DNA from: an uncultured Actinomycetes bacterium
GTDB lineage: Bacteria; Actinomycetota; Thermoleophilia; Gaiellales; Gaiellaceae
Length of the DNA stretch: 64,000 bases
Reading direction: 5' to 3'
NCBI GenBank assembly: GCA_963771725.1
Contig: CAVYUO010000005.1
Location: 164,929-228,928 of the forward strand
In this document: positions 1 to 11,712 of the stretch, piece by piece
How the letters are laid out: each line of letters opens with the position of its first letter
Numbering within the stretch: the stretch's first letter is position 1
Program-made: the position numbers and the translations under genes
The notes under the pieces: generated by a model
What the model saw: the letters and a program-made list of their open reading frames with translations, nothing else
Told to the model about the DNA's origin: nothing
Databases searched by the model: none

Positions 1-3000
1 CGCGTACTGGACGGTCACCTCCGGCCGCTGACCGGCGTCAGAGCGACCGTGAACGTCGCGTTGACGGTGCCCGAGTCACCCTCGGTCACGGTCACGTCGT
101 CGATCGAGAGCGACGGCAGCGGGTCGTTGTCGATGATCGTGCCGACGCCGCTCGCGTCGGCGATCGTCGCGTTGACGGCGTTCGCGAGGCCGACGCGTGA
201 ACGTCTCGTCGGCCTCGTCGAGCGAGGTCGCGGCTGACGGTCACGGTGACCGTCTTGGTCGTCTCGCCGGGGGCGAAGACGAGCGTGCCCGCTGCGGCGG
301 TGTAGTCGGCGCCGGCGGTTGCGGTCCCGTTCGGCCGTGGCGTAGTCGACGTGACGGCGCGGCCGCTCGGAGCGTTGAGGCTGACCGTGAAGGTGGCGTC
401 GACCGTGCCGGCGTCACCCTCGGTCACCGTCGACGTTGTCGATCGGCGAGAGCGGGCAGCGGGTCGTCGTCGGTGATCGTGCCGAGGCCCTGGGCGTCGG
501 TGATCGTCGCGTTGACCGCGCCCGAGAGGTTGACGGAAGAACGTCTCGTTCGCCTCGTCGAGCAGGTCGCCGTTCGACCGGCACGGTGACCGTCTTGGCG
601 ATCTGCGCCCGGCGTGAAGGTCAGCGTGCCGACCCATGGCGACGTAGTCGGCCGGTGCGGTCGCCGTGTCGTCGGCAGTTGCGTAGTCGACCAGCACCGG
701 CCTGCCCGCTCGGGGCCGAGAGCGTGACCGTGAAGGTCGCGTTGGCCGAGCCGGAGTCGACCTCGCTGACAGTCATGTCGTTGATCGGCCAGCGCTGGGA
801 GCGCATCGTCGTCGGTGATCGTGCCGAGCCCGGGCCGTCGGAGATCGTCGCGTTGGTCGGCGCCGAAAGGTTGACGGTTGAAGACGCTCGTCGATCTCGT
901 CGAGCAGGTCGCCGTGCACGGGCACCGTGACGGTCTTCGTCGTCTGGCCCGCGGTGAAGGTGAGCGACCCGCTCGCGGCGGTGTAGTCGCGCGGGCGCCG
1001 TCGCCGAGCCGTTAGCGGTCGCGTACTGGACGGTCACGGGGCGGCCGCTGACCGGAGTGAGAGAGACCGTGAAGTTCGCGTCGACGGCTGCCGGAGTTAC
1101 CCTCGGTCACCGTCACGTCGTCGACCGCGAGCTGCGGGAGCGCGTCGTCGTCGGTGATCGTGCCGATCGCTCCGATGCCGTCTGTGATCGTTGCGAAAGA
1201 AGCGCCCGAGAGATTGACCGTGAAGGTCTCGTCGAACTCGTCGAGCAGGTCTCCGTTGACCGGCACGGTGATCGTCTTTGTCGTCTCGCCGGCCAGGAAG
1301 GTGAGCGTCGTCGAGGCGATTGCCGCGTAGTCGCGCTCGCTGCCGTCGCGCTGCCGTCGGCAGTGGCGTACTGGACGGAAACGTCCCGGCCGCTGACGGG
1401 CGCGAGCGTGACGGTGAAGGTCGCATTGACGGTGCCCGAGTCGCCCTCGGTGACCGTGGCATCGCCGATCGAGAGTGCAGGCAGCGGATCGTCGTCGTTG
1501 ATCGTCGCCGACGCCCGACGGAGTCGCTGAAGGTGGCGTTGAACGGGTTGGAGAGGTTGACGACGAACGTCTCGTTGATCTCGTCGAGCAGGTCGCCGTT
1601 GACCGTGGCCGTGAATGTCTTGGTGGTCTCCCCGGCGGCGAAGGTCAGCGTTCCGGCGGCCGCCGCGTAATCGGCGGGCGCAGTCGCCGATGCTGTCTGC
1701 CGTCGCGAAGTCGACCGAGACCGCGCGCCCGCTGGGCGTGTTCAGGCTGACCGAGAACGTCGCGTTGACCGTGCCGGAGTTGCCCTCGACGGGGACGGTG
1801 ACGTCGTCGATCGCCAGGGTCGGCATCACGTCGTTGTCGGTGATCGTCCCGAGGCCGCTGTCGTCGGCGATCGTCGCGTTGACCGGGCTGCTGAGAGTGT
1901 GACGGTGAAGCTCTCGTCGATCTCGTCGAGCAGGTCGCCGTTGACCTGGACGGTGAACGTGCGCGTCGTCTGGCCGGGAGTGAAGACGAGGCTGCCGCCG
2001 GTGCCGTGTGAAGTCCGCCGGGGCGGTCGCCGAGCCGTCGCTGTGTCGCGTAGCCGACGCTGACCGTCTGGCCGCTGGCCGGCGACAGCGAGACGGTGAA
2101 CGTCGCGTCGACGGAGCCCGTGTTGGCCTCCGGTCACGGTGACGTCGTTGATCGAGAGCTGCGGCTGCGCCGTCGTCGTCGATGATCGTGCCGCCGCCCT
2201 GGCTGTCGGGGATCGTCGCGTTGCCCGGGTTGGTGAGGTTGAGCGAAGTAGGTCTCGGTGCCCTCGTCGAAGAGGTCGCCGTTGACGAGCACGGTGACCG
2301 TCTGCGTCGTCTGGCCCGGGGCAAACGTCACGCTGGCCGGTCGTTGCCGTGTAGTCGGTCGGCGAGGTCGCGCTCGAGTCCGCGGTTGCGTAGTCGACGG
2401 TGACGGGCCGGCCGCTGACTGCCCCCAGAGTCACCGTGAAGATCGCATTGGTCGTGCCAGAGTTGCCCTCGGTGACCGTCACGTCGTTGACCGACAGCGC
2501 CGGCAGCGGGTCGTTGTCGGTGATCGTGCCGACGCCTTGCGGTCGGCGATGGACGCGTCGACGGCACCAGACAGGTTGACCGTGAAGGTCTCGTCGTCCT
2601 CGTCGAGCAGGTCGGCATTGACCTGGACGGTCGACCTGCCGCGTGGTTTGTCCCGCGGCGAAGCTGAGGGTTCCGGCGGCCGTCGTGTAGTCGGCCGGCG
2701 CGGTCGCGGACGCCGCTCGCAGTCGCGTAGTCGACGGAGACCGGGCGCCCGCTCGGCGCGTTCAGGCTGACAGTGAAGTTCGCGATGACCGTGCCGGCGT
2801 CGCCCTCGGTCACCGCCACGTCGTCGATGGAGATCGCCGGGAGCGGATCGTTGTCGGTGATCGTCCCGAGGCCCTGCGGGTCGGTGATGACGCCGTTCGA
2901 GGGGTTGGTGAGGTTGACGAGGAAGTTCTCGTCGATCTCGTCGAGCGAGGTCGCCGTTGACCTGGATGCTCACCTGCTGGGCGGTCTGGCCCGCCGGGAA

Positions 3001-6000
3001 GGAGACGGTGCCGTTGCCCGTCTGGTAGTCAGCGGGCGCTGTCGCGGTGCCGTTGGCTGTCGAAAAGTCGACGGTTACCTGGCGGCCGCTCGGCGCGCCG
3101 AGGTTGACCGTGAAGTTCGCGTTGACGTTGGCGCCGTCGCCCTCGGTCACGGTCACGTCATTGATCGAGAGAGCCGGGAGCGGATCGTTGTCGGTGATCG
3201 TTCCGAGACCGAGGTCGTCGGAGATCGTCGCGTCCACCGCGCTGGAGAGGCCGACGGTGAAGCTCTCGTCGATCTCGTCGAGCACGTCGTTGTGCACAGG
3301 CACGGTCACCTGCTTCGTCGTCTCACCGGCGGCGAACGTGAGTCCGCCGCTGGTCGCTGAGTAGTCCGCTGGCGCCGTCGCGGTGCCATCGGCCGTCGCG
3401 TACGAGACGCTGACTTGACGGCCAGAGGCCGGTGCCAGCGTGACGTTGAAGCTAGCGGTGACCGTGCCCGTGTCCCCCTCGGTCACGGTCACGTCGCCGA
3501 TCGCCACCGAAGGCAGCGAATCGTCGTCAGTGATCGTCCCGAGTCCTTGCGCGTCAACGATCGACGCGTTCAAAGCGTTGGACAGGTTGATGAAGAAGTT
3601 CTCGTCGATCTCGTCGAGCGCGTCCCCGTTGACGAGCACGGTGACGGTCTTGTTGGTATCTCCGGGGGCGAAGCTGAGCGTGCCGGCCGCTGCCTCGTAG
3701 TCGAGGCCGGCCGACGCGCTGTCGTCTGCAGTCGCGTAGTCGACGGTGACCGTGCGCCCGCTGACCGGCGAGAGCGAAACGTTGAAGGTGGCTGCGACCG
3801 TTCCGCTGTTCCCCTCGGCGACGGTCACGTTGTCGACCGAGAGCGAAGGCTCGGGGTCGTCGTCCGTGATCGTGCCGACGCCCTGGCCATCGGCAATCGT
3901 CGCATTCGATGCGCCGCTCAGGTTCAGGAAGAAGGTCTCGTTCGCCTCGTCGAGCAGGTCGCCGTTGACCGCCACGGTGACGGTCTGCGTCGTTACACCG
4001 GCGGCGAAGTTGAGCGTGCCACCGACAGCGGTGAAGTCGCCGGGCGCAACCGCCGAGTCGTTCGCGGTCGCGTAGTTCACCGAGACCGCCTGACCGCTCG
4101 CGGCGGAGAGCGCAGCCGTGAACGTCGCGCTCGTCGTGCCGGAGTTGCCCTCCGTGACGGTGACGTCGTCGACCGAGAGCGTCGGCGTGGGGTCGTCGTC
4201 GGTGATCGTGCCGAGCCCTTCGCCGTCGACGATCGTGCCGTTGATCGGATTCGAGAGCGTGACCGTGAGCGTCTCGGCGTCCTCGTCGAACAGGTCGTCC
4301 AGGACAGGTACGTCGAAATGTCCGGTTCCATCGCCCCCGGCGATATAGACCGTGCCGGTGACCGCGGTGTAGTCGTCACCCGCGGTGGCCGTCCCGTCGC
4401 TCGTCGTATAGGTCGCCGTAAACGGCAGCTCGCTGTGCCCGCTTCGGCTGACGGTGAACCCAAGGTTCTCGCCGTCCTCGTCCATGGAGACGACATCGTC
4501 GATCTCGACCGTCGACGGAGGATCGTCGTCGAGGATCGTGCCGACACCCTGGCCGTCGGCGATCGAGGCCGCGACCGGGTTGCTCAGGTTCAGGAAGAAC
4601 GTTTCGTCGAGCTCGTCGACGTCGCCGCCGTTGACGGTCACCGTCACGGTCCTCGAGGTCTGCGCGGCGAGGAAGGCGAGCGTGCCGCTGGCGGAGGCGT
4701 AGTCGACTTCCGGCGGCGGAGAACCGCTCGCGCTCGACCTGGCGGTGTCGTCCTCCGTCGCGTAATCAACCGAGACGTCGCGCCCGCTCGCCGCGGAAAG
4801 CGTCACGGTGAAGGTCGCGTCGACGGTGCCGGCATTCCCCTCGGTCACGGTCACGTCATTGACCGACAGCGTCGGCGACGCGTCGTCGTCGGTGATCGTG
4901 CCAACGCCGCGGCTGTCGCTGATCGTCGCGTTCGAGGCGCCGCTCAGGTCGAGGAAGAAGGTCTCGTTCGCCTCGTCGAGCAGGTCACCGTTCACGTTGA
5001 CGGTGACGGTCTGCGAGGTGACGCCGGCCGCGAAGTCGAGCGTGCCACCGGCTGTGGTGAAGTCGCCCGGGGCGACCGCCGAGTCGTTGGCAGTCGCGTA
5101 GTTGACCGACACCGGTAGGCCGCTGGCGGCGGAGAGCGTGGCCGTGAAGGTCGCGCTCGCCGTGCCCGAGTCGCCCTCGGTGACGGTGACGTCGTTGACC
5201 GAAAGTGCCGGCGGCGGGTCGTCGTCCGTGATCGTGCCGACGCCCGTGTCATCGACGATCGTGAAGTTGACGGGGTTCGAAAGGACGACGCTGAACGTCT
5301 CGTCGTCCTCATCGAGCGCATCGCCGAGATCGGCACGTGAAACACGATCGAGGCGTCGGTCCCGCTGACGCTCATCGTCCCGCTGCTGGCCGTGAAGTCG
5401 TCCGGCGATGTCGCCGAGCCCGGTACGACCGCGTAGTCGACCGTGCCGGCGAGCTGGCTCTGCCCCTCTCTCGAGATGTCGAGAGTCAGCTCGCAGCACG
5501 CTTCGTCCTGCGACACGGCGTCCTCGATCGAGAGGTTCGGCTGCGGGTCGTTGTCGAGCATCGTGCGCGACGCCCTGCGCGTCGGCGATCGAGGCGCCCG
5601 CCGCATTGGTCAGATTCAGGAAGAAGGTCTCGTCGAGCTCGTCGTACCAGCCCGGGTCGAAGATTGTGATGACGACGGTCTTCGAGGTCTGTCCCGGCAG
5701 GAACGTGAGCGATCCGCTCGCCGCCACGTAGTCCTGTTCTTCAGTCGAAGGCGGGTCCGCCCAGGCGGTCCCGTCGGCGGTCGCGTAGTCGACCGTCACG
5801 TCCTGGCCGCTCGCCGCGGAAAGCGTGACGGTGAACGTCGCCGTCCCGTGCCGCCTCCTCGTCACGGTCACGTCATCGACCGAGAGCGATCGGCTGCGGG
5901 TCGTCATCGGTGATCGTCCCGACGCCACTGAGCATCGGAGATCGTCGCGTTCGTCGGGGCCGCTCAGGTCGACGAAGAACGTCTCGTCGATCTCGTCGAG

Positions 6001-9000
6001 CAGGTCGCCGTTGACCGTGACGGCAACGGTCTCCGTCGTCTCGCCGGCGGCGAAGTTGAGCGTGCCGCTCGTCGAGACGTAGTCGGGACCGGCGCGTTGC
6101 CGAGTCGTTCGCCGTTGCGTAGTTGACCGCGACCGCGCGTGCCCGCAGAGCGGCGAAAGCGTGACCGTGAAGACGGCGTTGACCGTGCCGGCGTTGCCCT
6201 CGGTGACCGTCACGTCGTCGATCGGAGAGAGCCGGCAGCGCGTCGTTGTCGGTGATCGTCCCGAGGCCGAGGTCGTCGCCGATGCGTCGCATTCGACGGG
6301 TTCGAGAGATCGATCGTGAACGTCTCGTCCGATCCTCGTCGAGCGAGGTCGCCGGCGACCGCGACCGTGATCGTCTTCGACGTCTCGCCCGGCGCGAAGC
6401 TGAGGCGCCCCGCTTGCCGCTGCGTAGTCGGCCGGCGAAGTCGCGGTGCCGTCGGCGCTCGCGAAGTCGACGGTCACCGGCAGGCCGCTCGGCGAGCTCA
6501 GGCTGGCCGTGAAGACCGCGTCGGTCGTGCCGGCGTCGCCCTCGGTGACCGTCGCGTCGCCGATCGACACGGTCGGTGCGCGTGTCGTCGTCCGTGATCG
6601 TCCCGACGCCCTGGCGCGTCGGCGAGCGTCGCGTTCGAGGGCGTCGCTCAGGTTGACGAAGAACGTCTCGTTCGGCTCGTCGAGCAGGTCGCCGTTCACG
6701 TGTACGGTGACGGTCTGCGTCGTCTCGCCGGCGGCGAAGTTAGCGTGCCGGCCGTCGCGGCGAAGTCGCCCGGGGCCACCGCCGTGTCGTTGGCAGTCGC
6801 GTAGTTGACCGACACCGCGCGGCCGCTGGCGGCGGAAAGCGTGGCGCGTGAAGGTCGCGTTGACGGTGCCGGTGTTCCCCTCGGTGACGGTGACGTCGGT
6901 GACCGAGAGCGACGGCTCGGGGTCGTCGTCGGTGATCGTGCCGAGGCCGAAATCGTCGGCGAGCGTCGCGTTGGACGGGTTCGAGAGGCTGACCGTGAAG
7001 GTCTCGTTTATCTCGATCACGCGCGTCACCTATAAGAGCGACGTTCACGGACTTCGAAATTTCGCCGGGGGCGAAGGTCAGCAAGCCGCTCGTTGCCGTG
7101 TAGTCGCCGGGCGCGATCGCCGAGCCGTCGACAGTGGCGAAGTCGACGGTCACGGGCTGGCCGCTCGCCGCGCTCAGCGTGACCGTGAAGGTCGCGTTCG
7201 GTGCCGCTCTCGAGCTCGGTGACGTCGTCGATCGACAGTGCCGGCGCCGGATCGTCGTCCGTGATCGTGCCGGACGCCTGGCCGTCGGCGAGCGTCGCAT
7301 GGTCGGGGCCGGTCAGATTGAGGAGGAAGCTTTCGTTCGCCTCGTCCAGGACGTCGCCGTTGACGTCGACCGTGACGGTCTTCGACGTCTCGCCGGTCAC
7401 GAAGGTCAGCGACCCGCCCGCCCCCGCGTAGTCGCCCGGCGCGACTGCGGAGTCGTTTGCCGTCGCGAAGGCGACCGAGACGTCGCGGCCGCTGACGGCG
7501 CTGAGGCCCACGGTGAAGGTCGCAGCAGTCGTGCCGGCATTCCCCTCGGTGACGGTGACGTCTCCGACCGACAGCGTCGGCTCGGCGTCGTCGTCGTTGA
7601 TCGTCCCGACGCCCTCTGCATCGCCGAGGGTGGCGTTCGTCGGGTCGAGCAGCCTGAGGAAGAACGTCTCGTTCGCCTCGTCGAGCACGTCTCCGATCAC
7701 CTGCACGGTGACCGTCTTCGAAGTCTCGCCGGCGGCGAAGTCGAGGAAGAACGCCTCGGTCACGAAATCGAGCGTTCCGCTCGCGGTGTTCTCGCCCGTC
7801 TCGTAGAAGACACTGGCAGCGCGGCCTGACGGCGCGGAGAGCGTGACGTTGAAGGTTGCATCGACGGTGCCGCTGTTGCCCTCGGTCACCGAAACGTCGC
7901 CGACAGACACCGTCGGCTCCGCGTCGTTGTCGGTGATCGTGCCCAGTCCGAGGTTGTCCCCGAACGTCGCGTTGACCGGGCTCGAGAGCGCAATCGTGTA
8001 GTTCTCGTCGTCCTCGTCGAGGAGGTCGCCGACGACCGGGACGGTGATCGTCTCCGAAGTGTCGCCCGGAGTGAACGTGAGGCCTCCGCTGACGGCGCCG
8101 TAGTCGGCCGGCGAGGTGCCTGTCCCGGCGACGCTGGCGAAGTTGACGGTGACCGTCTGTGCGCTGGTCCCGCTGAGGCCGACCGTGAACGTCGCGTTGC
8201 TCGTCCCTGAGTTCCCCTCGGTCACGGTCGCGTCCGTGATCGAGATCGTCGGCGGCGTGTCGTCGTTCATGATCGTGCCCAGGCCCATCTCCTCGACGCC
8301 GCCCGCGTTGAACCCACCGCTCAAGACGATTAGGAACGTCTCGTTCGGCTCGTCGTTCAGGTCAGCGTTGACGGTCACGTCCACCGGCTGCGAGGTCACT
8401 CCGGGCGCGAAGGTCAGCGTTCCCGATGCGAACACGAAGTCGTCGCCCGCGACGGCGGTCTCCTCGAGCGTCTCGTACTGGACGGTCACCTGCTGTCGGG
8501 CTCGGCGCGCTCAGCGTGACGTCGAAGCCGGCGGTGACCGTTCCGCTGTTGCCCTCGATGACGGACACATCGTCGATGGCGATATCCGGCCCGTCGTCGT
8601 CGGTGATCGTCCCTACGGCCTGCGCGTCATCGAGTGTCGCGCTGATCTCACCTGAAAGGTCGACCGAGAACGTCTCGTTGCCCTCGTCGACCGAGTCGCC
8701 GTTGACGACGACCGTCGCCGTCTGCGAGGTCTGTCCCGGCGCGAACACCAGCTGGGTCGCCGGCACCGCGGTGTAGTCGTCCGGCTGCGTCGCAGTACCG
8801 TCGGACGTCGAGTAGTCGACGAAGACGGTCTGGCCGCTCGGCGCGTCCAGCGTGACGTCGAACGTGACCTCGGTGGTTTCGAAGTCGGCGCCCTCCGTGA
8901 CCGTGGCGTTGCTGATCGAGAGCTCTGGCGCCTCGTCGTTGTCGGTGATCGTCGCCTCGCCGACGTCATCGAGAGGGTCGCCGCCGACGACGTTCGTCAA

Positions 9001-9230
9001 CGTCACGTTGAAGGTCTCCGGCTCTTCGTCGAGCGTGTCTTCATGAACCGGCACCGAGATCTGAGTCGTGAGTTGCCCGGCGAGGATCGTGCCCTGTCCG
9101 CTCGTGTCGGCGTAGTCCTCGCCCGCGGACGCGGTGAAATCACTCGTCGCGTAGTCGAAGGTGACGTCAACACCACTCGCCACGTCGAGCGTGACCGCGA
9201 ACGTTGCCTCGGAGTCAGTGCCCTCGGTGA
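1..9230 (-). repeat. Tandem coding repeat of about 327 nt (Calx-beta units)
   Basis: Motifs GTITDDD / DDVTVTEG recur at about 109-aa spacing over the whole interval. The cleanest stretch is about 2950-5300. Confidence 0.8.
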
Positions 9231-9342
9231 CCGCGACGTCGTCGATCGAGACGTTCGACAGCGGCTCGGCGCGTGACGCGGCCGAGACCAGGGCTGCCAC
9301 GAAGATGGCAATCAGGACGGGTATAAGTGAGCGCCGCAGCAT
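1..9342 (-). CDS. Giant secreted Calx-beta tandem-repeat surface protein (about 28 units of about 109 aa). N-terminus at 9342, C-terminus beyond window start. Reading frame broken many times.
   Basis: Signal peptide [27 protein letters not shown] at 9342. The repeated unit D(D/N)VTVTEG(N/D)SGT..ATFTV.LSA.SG..V.V.YATA.G.A.AP.DY....GTL.F..G.T..TV.V.V.GD.LDE..E.F...L.....A.I.D..G.GTI.DDD recurs through ORFs 8362..9342, 7026..8489, 6740..7300, 2479..7029, 1826..2482, 1113..2324, 621..1037 and 92..697. At each ORF boundary the unit continues in another frame. Confidence 0.8.
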
Positions 9343-9349
9343 CGATCCG

Positions 9350-10051
9350 TTATCCGCTCAAGAAGATGAAGGCGAAGAAGATCCCCGCGGCGACCAGAGA
9401 CATCACCCCGCTGATTGCAAACTGTTGACGGCGGCCCGCGAGCAGGTTCTCGACCCAGTACCACGGAGCCAGGTGGGCGGGGATCAGAGCCATGGCGAGC
9501 AGTCCGATCGCGAGAGCCCCGAGGCAGACGAGGATGATGGGGACGGCCGGGCTCGTCGTCTTGGAGCTCGCGGTTGCCGGCACCAGGCTGATCTCGGAGC
9601 CGCTTGCCGGAGCGGGCTGCTCCTCGGCGGCTGCGCTCGGCGGCGGCAGGATCTGAATCGGCCGGGACCTGGCGCGGGCCGCGGCGGCGCGGCGCCTGGC
9701 TGCGAGCTTCGCCGCCTGGCGGCGTGCAGCCTCGAGCTTGGCCTCGCGGCGCTGCGCGGCGAGCGCTGCTGCGCTCTCGGCCGCGCTCGGCTGCGGCGAG
9801 ACGACTGCCGGCGGAGGCGGAGGCCGGAAGGTCGGTGGTGGCGGCGGCGCAGGCTGTCGGGCCGGCGGTGGCGGCGGCGTCTTGGGCTGCGGTTTCGGGA
9901 CCGGCAGCGGATCGGGCTTCGGCGCCGCAAGCGCCGGGGCCGAAACGAGCAGGCAAAAGCTGGCTGCCCCTAAGAGCCCGAGCGTGACCGCAGTGGACGG
10001 TCTAGCTGTGCGCCGCAAACGCACCTTCCCCCACGCGCCACATAGTGACAC
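9350..10051 (-). CDS. Hypothetical proline-rich membrane protein (signal/anchor, Pro-rich segment, Ala/Arg coiled segment, two C-terminal TM helices)
   Basis: ORF 233 aa. N-terminal hydrophobic LGLLGAASFCLLVSAPALA, then PKPDPLPVPKPQPKTPPPPPARQPAPPPPPTFRPPPPP. C-terminal PIILVCLGALAIGLLAMALI and VMSLVAAGIFFAFIFL. The stop lies 8 nt before the Calx-beta start. Several overlapping alternative ORFs exist, so the frame choice is moderate. Confidence 0.45.
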   Translation of the reverse strand: MSLCGAWGKVRLRRTARPSTAVTLGLLGAASFCLLVSAPALAAPKPDPLPVPKPQPKTPPPPPARQPAPPPPPTFRPPPPPAVVSPQPSAAESAAALAAQRREAKLEAARRQAAKLAARRRAAAARARSRPIQILPPPSAAAEEQPAPASGSEISLVPATASSKTTSPAVPIILVCLGALAIGLLAMALIPAHLAPWYWVENLLAGRRQQFAISGVMSLVAAGIFFAFIFLSG

Positions 10052-10155
10052 TCTTTTGGAGTTTTGACTAGTCTCGGGCAGGTAATTCCCACAGGCCGCG
10101 AGTCAGCCCGGGAATCGTTGCAACTCGGAAACGGCCGCCGGGCGGCCACCGAGGT

Positions 10156-10557
10156 TCAGTCGGAGGCGCCCCGGCGCATCTCCTCGGCGACGTGCCGGCC
10201 ACGGTCATGCACGGCGCGGCGTCGATCTCCGAGGTCTGGCGCCACATCCTCGGCGAGGTCGACCGGTGTCTCGGCCGACTCGAACTCCTCCCGGTCGTCC
10301 ACGACGACGCGGGATTCGGCGAGCTTGGCGCGGAGCTCCTCGGCGTGCCCGTCGGCAACGGTAACCCCCGGAGCCGGTTTCCTCCGCAGCCGCCGGAAAG
10401 CAGCAGCGCCCGCGACTGAGGCGCCGCCGAGCACGAGCGCGAGGCGAGCTCTCACGGCCGCGATGCTATCGTGTCGCCCGCCACCTGCCTCGCCAGCCGT
10501 CGTCCCGTTCCCGGGCGGCCGCATCCGGTGAGGCCGCTCCAGACCGAAGGGAGGCAC
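10156..10557 (-). CDS. Hypothetical small protein (one hydrophobic segment, acidic C-terminal half)
   Basis: ORF 133 aa with LALVLGGASVAGAAAF followed by an acidic/helical tail. No recognisable family. Start uncertain. Confidence 0.3.
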   Translation of the reverse strand: MPPFGLERPHRMRPPGNGTTAGEAGGGRHDSIAAVRARLALVLGGASVAGAAAFRRLRRKPAPGVTVADGHAEELRAKLAESRVVVDDREEFESAETPVDLAEDVAPDLGDRRRAVHDRGRHVAEEMRRGASD

Positions 10558-10565
10558 GAGGGAAC

Positions 10566-10964
10566 ATGATCGACTACGAGATTCTGCTCATGCTGGATCC
10601 GGAGACCCCGGACGAGCGCCAGCAAGAGATCGTGACGCGCACGCGCGAGCTCATCGAACGCGGCGGCGGGAACTTCGAGAAGCACGAAGTCTGGGGGCGG
10701 CGCAAGCTGGCCTACGAGATCGACCACAAGCCGGACGGCGCGTACCACCTGCTGACGTTCGCGGCCGCACCCGATGCGCTCGACGAGGTCTCGCGCATCC
10801 TCAAGATCACCGACGGCGTCATGCGCCACCTGGCCGTCCGCCGCCCGAAGCCCGGGCGCACGACGACGGCGACCTCCGGTCCGCCGCGCGACATGGCGCC
10901 GAGCAATACCGACCGCGAGCCGGAGTACGCTGCTCCGGCGATCGAATCAGAGGAAAGGGAGTAA
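10566..10964 (+). CDS. rpsF: 30S ribosomal protein S6
   Basis: MIDYEILLMLDPE...HEVWGRRKLAYEIDHKPDGAYHLLTF is a typical S6. It sits in the rpsF-ssb-rpsR-rplI order. Confidence 0.95.
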   Translation: MIDYEILLMLDPETPDERQQEIVTRTRELIERGGGNFEKHEVWGRRKLAYEIDHKPDGAYHLLTFAAAPDALDEVSRILKITDGVMRHLAVRRPKPGRTTTATSGPPRDMAPSNTDREPEYAAPAIESEERE

Positions 10965-10968
10965 CACC

Positions 10969-11419
10969 ATGGCCAATATCAATCGCGTCGTTCTCGTCGG
11001 CAACCTGACCAAGGATCCCGAGCTGCGCCACACGCCGAGCGGGACCGCCGTCTGCAGCCTCCGCCTGGCGGTCAACTCGCGTCAGAAGGATGCTTCGTCC
11101 GGCGAGTGGGTCGAGAAGCCGAACTACTTCGACATCACCGTCTGGGACAAGCAGGGTGAGAACTGCGCGCAGTACCTTAGCAAGGGCCGCCCGGTCGCCG
11201 TCGACGGACGACTCGACTGGCGCGAGTGGGACGCCCAGGACGGGACGAAGCGCCAGGCCGTTCAGGTCATTGCCGAGCACCGTTCAGTTTCTCGGCTCGC
11301 GCGGCGACGCCGAGGGCGGCGGCCAGCCGCAGTTCGTACCCGCCGGCGCGACCGCGGATCCGAACGCCGACTTCGGCGGCGGCGGCGGCGCGGCCCCTGA
11401 CGACGACATCCCCTTCTAG
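10969..11419 (+). CDS. ssb: Single-stranded DNA-binding protein, with one apparent single-base frame break near 11278-11281
   Basis: The N-terminal OB fold MANINRVVLVGNLTKDPELRHTPSGTAVCSLRLAVN...RQAVQVIAE is in frame 1. The canonical tail VQFLGSRG...GGGGGAAPDDDIPF is in frame 2 (ORF 11090..11419). Confidence 0.9.
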
Positions 11420-11421
11420 CC

Positions 11422-11712
11422 ATGGCCCAAAAGGACAGAGAGAGGCAGCAGGGCGGCTCGAGCGGCGGCCGGAGCGGCGGGCGGCGCGAACGGCCCGCAG
11501 CTCCCGGACGGCGGAAGAGCTGTTACTTCTGCAAGGACAAGGTCGACGAGGTCGACTGGAAGAACTACAACCAGCTTCGCCGGTACGTCTCCGAGAAGGG
11601 CAAGATCCGCTCGCGGCGGATCACGGGAACCTGCCGTCGGCACCAGAAGCAGGTCGCGGTCGCCGTCAAGCGCGCCCGCGAGATGGCGCTGCTGCCCTAC
11701 GTCACGAACTGA
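11422..11712 (+). CDS. rpsR: 30S ribosomal protein S18
   Basis: ...KSCYFCKDKVDEVDWKNYNQLRRYVSEKGKIRSRRITGTCRRHQKQVAVAVKRAREMALLPY. Confidence 0.95.
   Translation: MAQKDRERQQGGSSGGRSGGRRERPAAPGRRKSCYFCKDKVDEVDWKNYNQLRRYVSEKGKIRSRRITGTCRRHQKQVAVAVKRAREMALLPYVTN

Noticed and set aside
1-9342. The regular roughly 327-nt periodicity as a CRISPR array or non-coding satellite
   Set aside because: The period is far longer than a CRISPR repeat-spacer unit. The repeats are contiguous with no unique spacers, and they translate into a recognisable Calx-beta domain.
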